From NCBI GenBank assembly GCA_016839365.1, contig JAEOUH010000039.1:4136-28135 (forward strand): a stretch of 24,000 nt of DNA. The letters run 5' to 3'. The notes under the pieces were generated by a model. It saw nothing but the letters and a program-made list of their open reading frames with translations, made no database searches and was not told where the DNA came from. Positions 23,199 through 24,000 of this stretch are shown here, in pieces. The stretch is from Candidatus Hermodarchaeota archaeon. GTDB lineage: Archaea; Asgardarchaeota; Hermodarchaeia; Hermodarchaeales; Hermodarchaeaceae. Each line of letters starts with the position of its first letter. Position 1 is the stretch's first letter. Position numbers and translations under genes: made by a program.

Positions 23199-23512
23199 AT
23201 CGGGACTATTATACTTTTGGTCTATTAGCCTTTAATTGCACGGTTCCATATATCGATTCGCAAAACCCAAGAGGTTTAGAAGCCTTTTAATGGCGTAGGA
23301 CTTTGCCATGGAACAGCTTATGAATTGATAATTGGTTTAGGTTCAAAGGATCTACAAGACCGTCTTTTGTAAAGGGTCTCAATTACTGGGTTCGCCATTA
23401 CCATCACTGTCCAAGGACTGACATTATATGCATAAAAACGTTTAACATTCAATTGTAAAGAGATACAGAGACCAACATACATCAAAATAGTAACAAGTTA
23501 GGTGGTGGAAAC

Positions 23513-24000
23513 TTGCAAATAAACTCCGGTTTGTTGATTGCGATAGCAGAAATCGCAGGTATCTTTGTAGGATTCGGTGCCCTCATCGGAATCACTCGCG
23601 AGAACAAGATTGCGATAGCCCAACTTGCACGGATTCGCGGTGTGGTCATAGTTGGACTAGGATTAATAATCGCCGCCCTTATACCGGTCGGTCTTAGCCT
23701 TTACGGCCTCACTGATCACACCCTCTGGTTTATTTCTAGCCTCATCTTCTTTTCTCTCAACTGGACCGGCATCATCTTGTCTATGCGAGATCCTTTGTAT
23801 AGAGAACTTATGAAAACCGAGATGCAGACCAGCCCAGTTATCTACGTACTTTTTTGGCTCGGCCTAGAGCTCCCCCTTCAAGCACCATTGGTTCTAACCA
23901 TGCTTGGCTTGTTTCCTAATCTAGAATCCGCCTTCTACATAACTGCGCTCTTGTTTAACCTCTTTCAGGCTGCGTTCGCACTGGTGCAACTAGTCCATTC
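23513..24000 (+). CDS. Polytopic membrane protein of unknown function; 3' end runs off the window
   Basis: I translated this frame by hand and it is open from TTG 23513 to the window end (162 codons). GGTGGTGG at 23501-23508 is a strong SD. There are at least five hydrophobic spans (LLIAIAEIAGIFVGFGALIGI, VVIVGLGLIIAALIPVGLSL, LWFISSLIFFSLNWTGIIL, VIYVLFWLGLELPL..LVLTMLGLF, AFYITALLFNLFQAAFALVQLV). It is missing from the ORF track because it has no stop codon. Confidence 0.6.
   Translation, partial: MQINSGLLIAIAEIAGIFVGFGALIGITRENKIAIAQLARIRGVVIVGLGLIIAALIPVGLSLYGLTDHTLWFISSLIFFSLNWTGIILSMRDPLYRELMKTEMQTSPVIYVLFWLGLELPLQAPLVLTMLGLFPNLESAFYITALLFNLFQAAFALVQLVH

Noticed and set aside
1-24000. 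Search for tRNA/rRNA genes, CRISPR repeats, transposases, integrases or a genomic-island boundary
   Set aside because: No intergenic region is long or GC-rich enough for a tRNA or rRNA, and I saw no regularly spaced direct repeats. No ORF has transposase, integrase or Cas-like motifs, and composition looks uniform by eye. I could not run a formal repeat or covariance-model scan.

Overview
The window is a gene-dense (~90% coding) stretch of an archaeal chromosome, about 47% GC by eye. I found no rRNA, tRNA, CRISPR array, transposase or integrase. Archaeal markers include a DGGGP-synthase-type UbiA prenyltransferase, a CDP-alcohol phosphatidyltransferase, ribosomal protein eS26, TrmY, an archaeal-type AspRS and a ThrRS-type editing domain.

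Several genes resemble eukaryotic signature proteins: two adjacent ESCRT-III paralogs (one CHMP4/Snf7-like, one CHMP1-3-like), a gelsolin-domain protein followed by a Roadblock/LC7 gene, and a possible CINP-like helical protein. This combination suggests an Asgard-type archaeon; that is inference from gene content only.

The left 6 kb is a nucleotide-sugar block with a GlmU-like nucleotidyltransferase and three diverged phosphohexomutase paralogs. The middle carries housekeeping genes (TrxR, SerRS, AspRS, HD hydrolase, PadR), a tandem PhoU/TrkA-C pair and a heavily sequon-decorated extracellular prenyltransferase-beta-like protein.

The best candidates for something undescribed are:
1. A 503-aa multi-zinc-ribbon / PH(GRAM)-like / SHOCT-like protein lying tail-to-tail with the ESCRT-III operon.
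2. The gelsolin-X plus Roadblock gene pair.
3. A HerA/DUF87-like protein whose Walker motifs appear eroded.
4. The possible CINP-like protein embedded among the mutase genes.

All domain calls come from reading motifs in the translated ORFs. No database search was run.
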